Below, one piece after another: positions 7,935 through 18,264 of a stretch of 64,000 bases of DNA. This stretch comes from an uncultured Gammaproteobacteria bacterium (GTDB lineage Bacteria > Patescibacteriota > Patescibacteriia > Magasanikbacterales > JBBTQS01), in contig CAZVIA010000001.1 in the NCBI GenBank assembly GCA_964627525.1, positions 72,384-136,383 of the forward strand, written 5' to 3'. How positions within the stretch are numbered: the first letter of the stretch is position 1; every line of letters begins with the position of its first letter. A model generated the notes under the pieces. It saw only the letters and a program-made list of their open reading frames with translations. It searched no databases and had not been told where the DNA came from. The position numbers and the translations under genes were made by a program.

Positions 7935-10226
7935 TTATTCCTCCAAATGTCCCAGCACAAATTGTTTAACTTGTGTGCCATCTAAAATAAAACCCTGGCC
8001 TTTCACTTCGTCTATTGCAAAGTCCAATAAGTTTTCAGAATTATCAAACAAATATTGCACTTTTAATTTTCCAGTTTCTTTTTCAAAAACAACCACACGC
8101 TTATTCAGAGGATCAAAAACATACAACCAATCAGATTCAAATTTTGTCCAAACAGAAGTAGGGGATTCAAGAACAGGATCTGCACTACTTAATTTAAATT
8201 CTTGCAATTCGCCACGACTAAATGATTTTACATCACCATTGCCCATTAAAACCCAAGCCAAGCCATCAATACTCACACTAACTGCTTCAGATAAATCAAT
8301 TGCACCTTTAATCCAAGTAGTGCCAGAATCAAATCCTTCTTGATGCCTACCATGTTTGAAAATTTGATTTTGTTCAGGTACTAAAGAATACAAACGATCA
8401 TTATAAACCACGAGATCTTTAATTAAACCACCACCAGGAATATCAACTTGCATCAACTTATCTTCACCAGCGTATTTCCATTGCACGGCATTTTCATTTC
8501 CAACAAAGAAAATATGATCTTCATCAGTTGCAACACCAATATATTTTGCATCACTAAAACCACTAGAACTAGATTCAATATTTTCTTCAAATTTTGTAAC
8601 TTGAGTACCTCGCTCCAAAGCAACTAATTTTTTCAAATCATCAGACACAACAACTAACCCAGTAGAAACAATTAAATTATTTGCTTCATTCAAACCTTGG
8701 TCCACAGCATCTAACAAAATGGTAACTCCTGGATGTTCAGCATGTCTTAATTTTTCACGCATTTCATCAACTTTTTTTGTAAGACGTTCAGTTGTATTTT
8801 TTTGTTCACGAGATTTTGTTGGCAAAGCATTAAGTTTTTCAACAACATCCATAATCATTTCGCGCGCATGATCTTCTTCATTAAAAATCAAATTAGATTC
8901 TGCAGCGCTTAATTTAGATTCAATGCTAGTAATTTGCGCTTGATAAGCAGCTTCTTTGATTTGAGTTGTTTTGCGGTGTTTTAATACACCAATACTAATA
9001 ATAAAAATCACAATCAAAACAAGTCCAACAATAAATGCTATTTTACTAATGGTTGATAGTTTTTCAAACCACTTGCGCGCGCGTTCATAATTATCTGTAG
9101 TGATTTTTTTCCAATGATCGGTAAATTCTTTTCTACGATCACCTTGGTTTGTAATAAGAAAATATAAGGTTTGCAAAACTGTGACACAAGCAATTGCAGT
9201 CCATTTAATTCCACGCCAAATTAGATTTGCTCCAAGTAATCCATATTTTGTTCCGTGTCGGGCACTTGTATGCAAAATACCTTTTACTTGTTTGCGCCTA
9301 TCAGTTTGTTTTGGTTTTTCGTCATGATTATTTTCTCTATTGTCATCTTCATGTTCGCGACTACTTTTTTTACCAGCTTTTTCTTCAAACCGTGATTTAA
9401 GTTTTCCAAACAAACTAGGAGCAAGAATTTCTTCAGTATCTTGTTGTGTTTTTAAAAACTCTGTCAAAGATTCGTGTGGTTTTTTTCCGTCAGATTTATT
9501 TTTTGAAGAAACAAGTTCTTCGTTATCATAATCATGTTTTAATCTTTCAATTAAAATTCCACCAAAAGAAAATCCATTGTCAACATCTTCCAAAATATTT
9601 TGGAAATGCTTAATAGATTTTTTTGGCAACTTGTTTGCAAGAATTTGTTCGATTTGTTTTTTAGAAAAACCATCATCCACATGAGGTGAACAATATAGCA
9701 CGCGATCGTTTTCACCAATTCCTCCAGACACAATGTTTGAAAACATTTGTGAGTCATTATCTTGCTCACGATTTTCTTCAACTATGTCAATTGTTTTGTA
9801 AGAGCCATGCTTGTCTTGATATGCAACACAACCAATTGGATCGCCACGCATTGCAAAACACAAATCTTCTTCATTTACATAACCAAGAATAATGTGGATT
9901 TCTTCTTCCTCAATTTGCATTGCTCGCAACAAAGTAGAGCTACGTTTATTAATCCGTTCTAATAATTTTTCAAAATGAGACCCAATGTCTCGACCTCTTA
10001 ATTCTTCATCGTAAAAACCAGTTTCCAGTTCTTCAATCCATTTATTGATTGTATCCACTGTTTTTACTGTGGCTTGGTTGGCTTCAGCAACCATAAATAG
10101 GTAGCCGCGCCGATATTCCTCTTCATTTGCAGGTTCTGTTATGTGTAAAATTACCTGCGAACTGTCTGCATCGCGGCCTTCTACGAAAAATTCGTGTATA
10201 TTGATTTTTGAGTTTAATGCTCTCAT
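7935..10226 (-). CDS. large hypothetical membrane protein: N-terminal cytoplasmic domain, one TM, coiled coil, C-terminal beta-rich extracytoplasmic domain
   Basis: TM helix IAFIVGLVLIVIFIISIGVL at mid-protein. No confident family motif. Confidence 0.5.
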   Translation of the reverse strand: MRALNSKINIHEFFVEGRDADSSQVILHITEPANEEEYRRGYLFMVAEANQATVKTVDTINKWIEELETGFYDEELRGRDIGSHFEKLLERINKRSSTLLRAMQIEEEEIHIILGYVNEEDLCFAMRGDPIGCVAYQDKHGSYKTIDIVEENREQDNDSQMFSNIVSGGIGENDRVLYCSPHVDDGFSKKQIEQILANKLPKKSIKHFQNILEDVDNGFSFGGILIERLKHDYDNEELVSSKNKSDGKKPHESLTEFLKTQQDTEEILAPSLFGKLKSRFEEKAGKKSSREHEDDNRENNHDEKPKQTDRRKQVKGILHTSARHGTKYGLLGANLIWRGIKWTAIACVTVLQTLYFLITNQGDRRKEFTDHWKKITTDNYERARKWFEKLSTISKIAFIVGLVLIVIFIISIGVLKHRKTTQIKEAAYQAQITSIESKLSAAESNLIFNEEDHAREMIMDVVEKLNALPTKSREQKNTTERLTKKVDEMREKLRHAEHPGVTILLDAVDQGLNEANNLIVSTGLVVVSDDLKKLVALERGTQVTKFEENIESSSSGFSDAKYIGVATDEDHIFFVGNENAVQWKYAGEDKLMQVDIPGGGLIKDLVVYNDRLYSLVPEQNQIFKHGRHQEGFDSGTTWIKGAIDLSEAVSVSIDGLAWVLMGNGDVKSFSRGELQEFKLSSADPVLESPTSVWTKFESDWLYVFDPLNKRVVVFEKETGKLKVQYLFDNSENLLDFAIDEVKGQGFILDGTQVKQFVLGHLEE

Positions 10227-10296
10227 ACCTTTGACGTCTTAAGTCATAGATATTATACTAAACTTACTGTATTAGGCAAAGTAATACTTAAAATAT

Positions 10297-10884
10297 ATGC
10301 TTGAACACTTATTTGGTTCAAAGACACGGGTACGCTTGCTGCGTCTTTTTTTTAGAAATTCAGACCAGCCGTTTTATGTGCGTGAAATGTCCAGACAGAT
10401 AAATAGTCAAATAAATGCGGTTCGTAGAGAACTTCAAAATCTGCAAAAAGCAGGTGTAATTAAAATTATTGAAAACCCTCCAGAAGATTCAGTTACAGAA
10501 ACCAACGCATCAAATCGTTGCACTTGGTATCAGCTTGATAAAGAATATTCTTTGCATGAGGAGATCAAAGCTTTGGTTATGAAGTCTCGTGTTTTAGATG
10601 AACAAGCTTTGGCAGATGAGATTGTAAAAGTTGCAAACAATGTCCACACACTTTTGTTCACAGGATGTTTTGTTGGAACTGAAGAAGCTCCGGTTGATTT
10701 GTTGGTAGTTGGTTCAGTGGACAAAACAAAATTTAATCGCTTGTTAAAAAAATACGAAAAAGAAATTGGTTCAGTAATTCGTTACACAATTTTGTCTACA
10801 AAAGAGTTTCAAGAGCGTCAACAAGTGGTTGATAGGTTTTTATATTCAATTTATCAAAATCCACATTTAATTGTCACTCCATAA
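10297..10884 (+). CDS. winged-helix DNA-binding protein with a C-terminal nucleotidyltransferase-like domain
   Basis: N-terminal LFGSKTRVRLLRLF...VREMSRQI wHTH pattern. C-terminal GCFVGTEEAPVDLLVVGS resembles a minimal nucleotidyltransferase fold. Confidence 0.4.
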   Translation: MLEHLFGSKTRVRLLRLFFRNSDQPFYVREMSRQINSQINAVRRELQNLQKAGVIKIIENPPEDSVTETNASNRCTWYQLDKEYSLHEEIKALVMKSRVLDEQALADEIVKVANNVHTLLFTGCFVGTEEAPVDLLVVGSVDKTKFNRLLKKYEKEIGSVIRYTILSTKEFQERQQVVDRFLYSIYQNPHLIVTP

Positions 10885-10885
10885 T

Positions 10886-11326
10886 ATGGCAGAAAAAATA
10901 TTTCTAGGTGTTGATTGTACACAAGATAATGAGTGTGAGTTGTTTTTGTTCATGAATACAAAAATTGTTCATGAAAAATTTCAGTCGCGCGCACAGTCTT
11001 TGGCAGAAAATCTGGAAACTTTTTTAGACAAAAATAAAATAAAATTAAATCAGCTTTGTGGAATTTTAGTTGTAAATGGAAAAGGTTCATTTATGGCAAA
11101 TAGAATGAGCACAACCTTTGTAAATGGGTTGGCATATTCATTACAAATTCTAGCTAAAGAAGTTGATTCTCTTGAAAATTTTAATTTAAGGGATTTTGAG
11201 GCTTTAAAAGCCTCAAAATCCCCAAAAAACCAAAAACCCCAAGAACCTTCTCAAGCCCTTGCAAAATTTGCCAAAACACGTTATTATACAGAGCCTAACA
11301 TAACCATAAAAAAGGCAAAAAAATGA
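10886..11326 (+). CDS. TsaB/YeaZ-like (inactive Kae1 paralog) fragment-sized protein
   Basis: IFLGVD at the N-terminus and GKGSFMANRMSTTFVNGLAYSL match the TsaB GPGSFTGxRxG...GLA pattern. Only 147 aa. Confidence 0.4.
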   Translation: MAEKIFLGVDCTQDNECELFLFMNTKIVHEKFQSRAQSLAENLETFLDKNKIKLNQLCGILVVNGKGSFMANRMSTTFVNGLAYSLQILAKEVDSLENFNLRDFEALKASKSPKNQKPQEPSQALAKFAKTRYYTEPNITIKKAKK

Positions 11327-12855
11327 TTTCAGATTATACAAAATATCGTATCTATGAGACTTTACCTGGGTTGCTGATTTGGGCTGTTTTGATTGGTGGT
11401 TTTGTGTTCTCATTTATAAAGCCACTTTGGGTAATTTATTTTATTATTATTTTTGATATTTTTTGGGTGCACAGAGTTGTATATTTTTCAGTTTATCTGA
11501 CAACTTCAATTATCAAATACAAACAAGCACAAAAAACAAATTGGCACGAAAAACTTAAATTAGAAAAACCAGAATGGAAAGAATATCTGCATTGTATTTT
11601 TTTGCCAGTTTATAATGAAGAAGAATATGTTGTGCGTTCTTCAATTGAAGCTTTATTAAAAGAAACAATGCCTTCTGAACAAATGATTGTTGTGTTAGCA
11701 GGGGAGGAGCGTAAAAAAGAACACTTTGAAACTTTTTGTTATAAAATGCAAAAAGAATATGGTCATAAGTTTAAACATTTCATGGTGACAATTCACCCAA
11801 AAGATTTGCCAGATGAGATTCCTGGAAAAGGTTCTAACACACATTTTGCAGCTCATTTAGTTCAAAATTATATTGATGATTTGGGTATCCCATATGAAAA
11901 AGTAATTGTGAGTAATTTTGATATTGATACAATTGCGCATCCACAATATTTTAGTTATCTAACTTATAAATATTTAAGTCAGCCAGATCCAACTCGCGCT
12001 TCTTATCAGCCAGTGCCTTTGTATAATAATAATATGTGGGAGTCGCCGTCAGTTTTAAGAGTGATGGCTTTTGGTACAACTTTTTGGTTGTTAACAGAAT
12101 TACCGCGACCAGATCGCATGATTACTTTTTCTTCTCATAGTATGAGTTTTAAGGCGTTAGTTGATGTTGGTTTTTGGGAAAAAAGAATTGTGAGTGAGGA
12201 TTCAAGAATTTTTTGGCAATGTTATTTGCATTATGAAGGTGATTATCAAACAGTACCAATGTATTTGCCGGTTTCAATGGACACTGTTCGTGATGATAAT
12301 TGGTGGGTTTCTATTAAAAACTTATACAAACAGCAACGTCGTTGGGCATGGGGTGCAGAACATATTCCTTTTTTGCTTTGGCACTTTCCAAAAAAACCAA
12401 AAATTTCTTTGTTTTGGAAATTCAAATATTTGTTTAACATGATTGAGGGAAAATTTTCTTGGTCAACTGCAGCTGTAATGATTTTGGTTTTTGGTCGTCT
12501 TCCTTTGTGGGTTGCTGGAGATGAAGTTCGTCAGACAGTTTTATTTCAAAACACACCACATATTTTAGAGTGGTTAATGGGAATTGCAATGCTTGGTATA
12601 CTAGTTTCAATGACATATAGTTTGGCAATGTTACCACCACGACCAAATTCAGCTAGATCAAAACAAATGTTAATAATGGTTTTGCAGTGGGTGTTGTTGC
12701 CAATTTCTTTGTTAGTAGTTGGTGCAATTCCAGCAATTGATTCTGTAACAAGATTAATGTTTGGAAAATATTTAGGTTTTGATGTTTCAAAAAAACAACG
12801 TAAAATTTTAGGAGTACACACAGATTATGTTCAACAAAAACAAGGACAAGCATAA
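11323..12855 (+). CDS. membrane-embedded processive family-2 glycosyltransferase (cellulose/chitin-synthase-like)
   Basis: LPVYNEEE GT2 start, NFDID (DxD), QQRRWAWG (QxxRW) and TM helices at both ends. Confidence 0.7.
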   Translation: MISDYTKYRIYETLPGLLIWAVLIGGFVFSFIKPLWVIYFIIIFDIFWVHRVVYFSVYLTTSIIKYKQAQKTNWHEKLKLEKPEWKEYLHCIFLPVYNEEEYVVRSSIEALLKETMPSEQMIVVLAGEERKKEHFETFCYKMQKEYGHKFKHFMVTIHPKDLPDEIPGKGSNTHFAAHLVQNYIDDLGIPYEKVIVSNFDIDTIAHPQYFSYLTYKYLSQPDPTRASYQPVPLYNNNMWESPSVLRVMAFGTTFWLLTELPRPDRMITFSSHSMSFKALVDVGFWEKRIVSEDSRIFWQCYLHYEGDYQTVPMYLPVSMDTVRDDNWWVSIKNLYKQQRRWAWGAEHIPFLLWHFPKKPKISLFWKFKYLFNMIEGKFSWSTAAVMILVFGRLPLWVAGDEVRQTVLFQNTPHILEWLMGIAMLGILVSMTYSLAMLPPRPNSARSKQMLIMVLQWVLLPISLLVVGAIPAIDSVTRLMFGKYLGFDVSKKQRKILGVHTDYVQQKQGQA

Positions 12856-14335
12856 AGACAAATATAAAGAGCAAAAATCACACACTTGTATGTGGTTGGT
12901 TTTTTTGTTTATTGCACTTGCTGTTGGGTTGGGAATTTGGGGATATCGTTTTAGTAAAGATATGGTAAATGATTTTAAGGAAGAGTTTAAATTAATTGGT
13001 GAGGATTATGGTGAGTCTCTTTCTTCTGTGCAAGAAATAATGCCATATTTTTTAGGAACAGGTGGACAGAAAAGAAAGATTTTAGTTTTATTACAAAACA
13101 ATACTGAATTGCGGCCTACAGGAGGTTTTATTGGAACATATGGAATTATAGAAATTAAAGATGGAGAATTATTAGATTGGTTTATACAAGGAACTGAAAT
13201 TTTGGATGGTGCTGCAAATCCAGATTCTTTGCAAAAATCTCCAGAGCCACTTGAAAAATATATGGTTCAGCCAGTTTATTATTTTAGAGATGGAAATTGG
13301 TCTCCGGATTTTCCAACAGCAGTGAACAATTTACTTGTTCAGTATAATCAGGAAACAGGAACTGATACAAAGTTTGATGGTGTGGTTGCAATCAATGCAA
13401 CTGTACTTGAAAGAATGATGGAATATATTGGAAATATAGAAGTTGAAGGTGTTGAATTGCGTGCAGATAATTTTATTGAGCGTTTAGAGTATGAAGTTGA
13501 GTATGGTTATGAGCAACGAGGTCATAGTTTTGAAAATAGAAAGAATTTTATTCCAAAAGTTTTTGAAGAAATTTTAAAAAAGTTTGAAGAGGATCCTATG
13601 GGATTGTGGCCAATGCTTGTGCGTGTGCCTTTGGAAAGTTTAATGGATAATCATATTTTGTTGTGGTCTGCAGATACTGAAGTTCAAGAAAATATTTTAA
13701 AGCAAGGTGGTTCAGGTCAGGTGCATAAGTTGCATGAAAAGCAAGATGGTTTTATGGTGGTTGATGCAAACTTAGCAAGTTTAAAAACAGATCATGCAAT
13801 TGAGAGATCTTATGATTATAAAGTTTCAAAAGATGAGTTATTAGACAGGTGGAATGGTGAGTTGACAGTGACGTATAAACACAATGGAACTTTTGATTGG
13901 CGTACAACAAGGTATAGAAGTTATACAAGATTTTACTTACCAAAGGGTGCTAATCTTGCTGATGGTGAAGGTGCTATGGTAAAAGATAGAAGTGATGAAC
14001 AAGGTGCTTTTCAAGATTGGGGTGAGGAATTTGGCAGAAAAGTATATGGTGCTTTTATTTCTGTTGAGCCAGGACAGACTCATGTTTTGAGGATTAAATA
14101 TCAACTTCCAGAAAATATTGATAAAGCAATAGAATCAGGGTTGTATACACTTTTTGTTCAGAAGCAACCTGGACTTCATAATCCTGAATTGACTATTGCT
14201 CTAGATTTTGGTAAAAATATTACTGCAGCTGCACCTGGAGAAGATGAGTCACAATGGGGTGACACAAGTTATAAAATAAAGACTGATTTGCGAGTTAGTC
14301 GCAATGTCTGGGTGGAGTTTCAAAAAACAAAATAA
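12827..14335 (+). CDS. DUF4012-like secreted/membrane-anchored protein
   Basis: N-terminal TM, then the LLQNNTELRPTGGFIGTYG motif characteristic of DUF4012. Overlaps the GT2 gene, so likely functionally coupled. Confidence 0.55.
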   Translation: MFNKNKDKHKDKYKEQKSHTCMWLVFLFIALAVGLGIWGYRFSKDMVNDFKEEFKLIGEDYGESLSSVQEIMPYFLGTGGQKRKILVLLQNNTELRPTGGFIGTYGIIEIKDGELLDWFIQGTEILDGAANPDSLQKSPEPLEKYMVQPVYYFRDGNWSPDFPTAVNNLLVQYNQETGTDTKFDGVVAINATVLERMMEYIGNIEVEGVELRADNFIERLEYEVEYGYEQRGHSFENRKNFIPKVFEEILKKFEEDPMGLWPMLVRVPLESLMDNHILLWSADTEVQENILKQGGSGQVHKLHEKQDGFMVVDANLASLKTDHAIERSYDYKVSKDELLDRWNGELTVTYKHNGTFDWRTTRYRSYTRFYLPKGANLADGEGAMVKDRSDEQGAFQDWGEEFGRKVYGAFISVEPGQTHVLRIKYQLPENIDKAIESGLYTLFVQKQPGLHNPELTIALDFGKNITAAAPGEDESQWGDTSYKIKTDLRVSRNVWVEFQKTK

Positions 14336-14338
14336 AAT

Positions 14339-15346
14339 ATGTTTATAAAAAAGGTTGGCATAGATTTGGGCACAACCAATGTCTTGGTTTTTGTTCCAAA
14401 AAGAGGAATCATTATAAATGAGCCTTCTGTTGTTGCGATTTCAAAAGCTGACCGCAAAGTTTTGGCTGTTGGTAAAGAAGCTAAAGATATGATTGGTCGT
14501 ACACCAGATACAATTGTTGCTGAACGACCCTTGAAAGATGGTGTGATTGCAAATTATAGAACAACTGAAGCAATGTTGCGATATTTTATTAATAAGGCTT
14601 TGGGTGGTGTTCGGTTGTTTAGACCAGAAGTTATGGTTGCTGTTCCTGGAGGAATTACTTCAACAGAACGTCGTGCTGTTATTGATGCAACAATTGCTGC
14701 GGGCGCGCGTGCTGCTTATATTATTAAAGAGCCGATTGTTGCAGCTATTGGTTCAGATATTCCAATTGGTTCTGCATCAGGTCATATGATTGTAGATATT
14801 GGTGGTGGTACAGCTGAAATTGCTGTGATTTCTTTGGGTGGAATTGTGAGTAGTGGAAGTGTGCGTATTGGTGGAAATAAATTTGATTCAGCAATTGCAG
14901 AACATGTTCGTCGTAAATATGGTTTAGCTGTTGGCGAAAGAACTGCTGAAGATATAAAAATTCAAGTTGGTTCTGCAATGTATATGGATAAAAAACTTTC
15001 AATGGAAGTTCGTGGTCGTGATATGGTGAGTGGTTTACCAAGAACAATTACTGTTTCTTCACATGATGTAACTGATGCAATTCAACATGAGTTACAGGGT
15101 TTGATTCAAGCGATTAAAGAAGTTTTGCATGACACTCCACCAGAATTATCTGCAGATGTTATGGATAAAGGAATGATAATGTCAGGTGGTTCTTCTCAAT
15201 TACGAAATTTGGATGAATTAGTGGCGCAAGCAACTGGTGTGCCAACTTATATGGCAGATGAGCCGTTGTTGTGTGTTGCAAAAGGAACTGGTATTGCTTT
15301 GGAAAATCTAGACAGTTATAAGAGAAGTATTTTGGCTACTAGATAG
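14339..15346 (+). CDS. mreB: rod-shape-determining actin homolog MreB
   Basis: [13 protein letters not shown] phosphate-1 motif, IVDIGGGTAEIAVIS, 335 aa. Confidence 0.9.
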   Translation: MFIKKVGIDLGTTNVLVFVPKRGIIINEPSVVAISKADRKVLAVGKEAKDMIGRTPDTIVAERPLKDGVIANYRTTEAMLRYFINKALGGVRLFRPEVMVAVPGGITSTERRAVIDATIAAGARAAYIIKEPIVAAIGSDIPIGSASGHMIVDIGGGTAEIAVISLGGIVSSGSVRIGGNKFDSAIAEHVRRKYGLAVGERTAEDIKIQVGSAMYMDKKLSMEVRGRDMVSGLPRTITVSSHDVTDAIQHELQGLIQAIKEVLHDTPPELSADVMDKGMIMSGGSSQLRNLDELVAQATGVPTYMADEPLLCVAKGTGIALENLDSYKRSILATR

Positions 15347-15397
15347 TTTTGAGTTGGGTTGGATTTTGGATTGGTTGAATTTAAGTTTTGGGTTTTT

Positions 15398-16504
15398 ATG
15401 AAAATTGCAATTGATGCTTCTCGTGCAAATGTTAAACAAAGAACAGGCGTAGAAAATTATGCTTTTTTTGTTATTCAAAATTTAAAAAAAATTATTGGGC
15501 CAGAGTCTGGACATGAAGTTATTTTATATGCGCGCGAGTCATTGCAAGGGGGGTTAGCTAAGTTGCCTACAAACTGGAAAGCAAAAACTTTGCGCGCGCC
15601 GTTTAATAAATTTTGGACACAAGTGCGCTTGTCTTTAGAAATGTTGTTTAGTCGTCCAGATGTTTTGTTTGTGCCAGGGCATGTTTTACCATTTATTTGT
15701 CCAAAAAAATCTGTTGTTGTTGTGCATGATGTTGCAGCAATGAGATTTTCTGAATCTTATTCTGGTTTTGAGAGGTGGTATAACAAATTTTCTGTGAAAT
15801 TTGCTTTAAAGCGTGCGAACACAATTATTGTTCCTTCTAATTTTACAAAAAGAGAAATTGAGATTTTTTTTGACGCAAAACATAGGGCAGAAATTGTTGT
15901 GGTGGCTGAAGGTTTTGATCATGAAAATTTTTATCCAGAGTTAAGTGCGGAAAAAGTTGGGGAAGTTTTGCGGCGATTAAAAGTTCAACAGCCTTATTTG
16001 TTTTTTGTTGGAAGGTTGGAAGAAAAAAAAGATGTTGTAACTTTGGTCAAAGCTTATGAAAAAGTTTGTGAATATTTGGGTGTGGAGTTGCAATTGGTTT
16101 TAGGTGGAAAGTCAGGTTATGGTTATGAAAAAATTCAAAATGTGATTAGTCAGTCTAAATTTAAAAATAATATTAAGGAATTGGGTTGGGTAAGTGATGA
16201 TGATTTGCCTTGCTTATATAAAGAGGCAAAAGTTTTTTGTTTTGCAACAAAGTATGAGGGGTTTGGTTTGCCTGTTTTAGAAGCTTTGGGTTGTGGTACG
16301 CCAGTGATTGCAAGGCAGGGGAGTGCTTGTGAAGAAATTGCAAAAGATTATGTGACTTTGGTTGATGATTCAGTTGAAAGTTTGGTGGATGCTATTTTGG
16401 AAATTTTACAAAAAGATTTTAAATTGGATTTTTCAAAAATTATTCATGAAAAATTTTCTTGGGAAAAAACTTCTGAACAAATTGCACGAATTTTACAAGG
16501 GTGA
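15398..16504 (+). CDS. GT4-family (GT-B) glycosyltransferase
   Basis: EGFGLPVLEALGCGTPVIA motif near the C-terminus. Confidence 0.8.
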   Translation: MKIAIDASRANVKQRTGVENYAFFVIQNLKKIIGPESGHEVILYARESLQGGLAKLPTNWKAKTLRAPFNKFWTQVRLSLEMLFSRPDVLFVPGHVLPFICPKKSVVVVHDVAAMRFSESYSGFERWYNKFSVKFALKRANTIIVPSNFTKREIEIFFDAKHRAEIVVVAEGFDHENFYPELSAEKVGEVLRRLKVQQPYLFFVGRLEEKKDVVTLVKAYEKVCEYLGVELQLVLGGKSGYGYEKIQNVISQSKFKNNIKELGWVSDDDLPCLYKEAKVFCFATKYEGFGLPVLEALGCGTPVIARQGSACEEIAKDYVTLVDDSVESLVDAILEILQKDFKLDFSKIIHEKFSWEKTSEQIARILQG

Positions 16505-16511
16505 TTTTTTA

Positions 16512-16552
16512 TGGGCAAAATTTGCAAAGCAAATTTTGCCCCCCCCTATTTA
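16512..16552 (+). terminator. intrinsic terminator
   Basis: gggcaaaatttgc aaa gcaaattttgccc hairpin, then a C9 tract and an AT-rich run. Confidence 0.6.
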
Positions 16553-16692
16553 ATAAAAAGAAAAAACACTTGGGAAGAGGTTCCTAATGTAGGAAGCTGA
16601 TATCCAGGTGTTTTTCTTGTTGGTTTGTCCCGAGAAGCTAGGGTCTATTACACCGTTCATGTATCTCAGGATTTTATTTTGTTGTGAAAGGA

Positions 16693-17172
16693 TCAGGAAG
16701 CTTCTTGAGACCCAAGATGTGTGTCATCTTGGGAACAGTACCAACCCTTGGTAGCGTCGTACACCATCACAGCATGACATTGGGGGCACTCTGGAGGTTC
16801 GTCGTCACTAAGTTTGGGAGGTTCAGTTGGAGCTTCAGTTTTCTCATGACTTTTTTTACTAAGCCTAGATTCGAGTCTTCTTGCTGTTTCAAGCAAATTA
16901 CCCTCAAGCATAGTAATTTGAAACAAAGCTTCTGCAAGTGTTATCTTGGCCTGACTCACAGAATCTGAATGTTCTAGCAGTGCTGCAGTACATGTTTCAA
17001 TATCTTTTGAGTTCAGCTTTCCTTTTGCCAACAATTTTGCAGATGAAGAAATCAACGCAACACTTGTTTCAACATTACCTGAAATTGATACTTGTGAACG
17101 TACTAGAGAGTAGATCATTGTGTGAAGTTCTCTCAAAATAAGTGCATGCAAAGGATCGTACTGGTCTTTCAT
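16693..17172 (-). CDS. hypothetical protein with C-terminal zinc-ribbon-like CPQC...C motif
   Basis: Strong SD aagggaggg 5 nt before the ATG (MKDQYD...). GC is higher than in neighbouring genes. Confidence 0.45.
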   Translation of the reverse strand: MKDQYDPLHALILRELHTMIYSLVRSQVSISGNVETSVALISSSAKLLAKGKLNSKDIETCTAALLEHSDSVSQAKITLAEALFQITMLEGNLLETARRLESRLSKKSHEKTEAPTEPPKLSDDEPPECPQCHAVMVYDATKGWYCSQDDTHLGSQEAS

Positions 17173-17301
17173 CTTTCCCTCCCTTTTTTTCCCTCTTCTT
17201 AAACACCCGAGCAAAATCACCCGAGAGATTATGCTAGCATTTGTACCTAATTTTGTCAAGACTGTTGTCAGGCTGGTTTTTCTGCTAAAGTATGTGCAGT
17301 T

Positions 17302-18264
17302 ATGATCACTTTTTCATACAAAAACCTTAAAGATCACATTAAAAAAACATGGGATGAAAACACAATTTCCCATGCTTATTGTATTACAGGCCCATCAGGA
17401 GCAGGGAAGGAGTTGTTAACACAAGAATTGCTCAATAGTTTTTATCCAAAAAAAGCTGAACAAATTGGAAATGTGTTTCAAATATATCCACAAACAGCAG
17501 AGCAATCTAAAACTAAAAAAACTCGCAAAGATATTACAATAGATCAAATCCGTGACATAAGATCAATGCTAATGGGCGGTTCACTTTTTAGTAAAAAACG
17601 AATTATAATAATTCAACCTGCTGAAGCAATGAGTTCAGGTGCAGCAAACGCTCTTTTGAAAATTTTAGAAGAAGCACCGCGTGACACAATTTTTTTCTTA
17701 CTTTCAAATGCATGGCATGAGCTTCCTGAAACAGTTTTATCAAGATGCCAAACTTTTCACTTAACAACAACAAACAAAGACTTGGCAAAAGAAGTTTTAA
17801 AACAGCACAGTACAGATACAATTTTTACGGAACATGTTATTGATACTAGTTTTGGTTTATTGGGAAATGCGTACAAAAGATTAACTGATCAAGAGCTCCG
17901 TGATGAGTTTGATAAAAATACACAATTGTTTTTTGATTTAATTGGTCAGCCAATTCATGAGCAACGCAAAAAAATTGAACATATTTTTGGAGATAAAAAA
18001 GATCACACAGCGCAGCGTAGAAAAATTTCTCAACTATTAAAAAATTGGCAGTGTATGATTGATGTGTGTATTAAGCACAACACAAGTCCTGAATTAGTTC
18101 CGCAAATTTACGCACCATATTTTAAGAAAATAGAAAATGCGCAATTTACCAACAAGAAATTTGCGCAGATTTTGCGTTCGCTAATGTATGCAGATCATGC
18201 TATTATTAATAATGTAAATCCTAGATTATTATTTGAAAACATAATGATAAAAATGTATGCGTAA
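17302..18264 (+). CDS. holB: DNA polymerase III delta-prime subunit
   Basis: AYCITGPSGAGKE Walker-like motif and LKILEEAP...LSRCQ motif. Confidence 0.8.
   Translation: MITFSYKNLKDHIKKTWDENTISHAYCITGPSGAGKELLTQELLNSFYPKKAEQIGNVFQIYPQTAEQSKTKKTRKDITIDQIRDIRSMLMGGSLFSKKRIIIIQPAEAMSSGAANALLKILEEAPRDTIFFLLSNAWHELPETVLSRCQTFHLTTTNKDLAKEVLKQHSTDTIFTEHVIDTSFGLLGNAYKRLTDQELRDEFDKNTQLFFDLIGQPIHEQRKKIEHIFGDKKDHTAQRRKISQLLKNWQCMIDVCIKHNTSPELVPQIYAPYFKKIENAQFTNKKFAQILRSLMYADHAIINNVNPRLLFENIMIKMYA

Noticed and set aside
16684-16968. 94-aa plus-strand ORF opposite the Zn-ribbon gene, and other short antisense ORFs in the track (for example 1418..1834, 26625..27229 family, 29036..30200 set)
   Set aside because: All lie antisense to longer ORFs with recognisable features, lack SD sequences or promoters, and give non-protein-like translations. 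The cluster at 26625-27229 reflects the high-GC lipoprotein gene yielding open frames on both strands.
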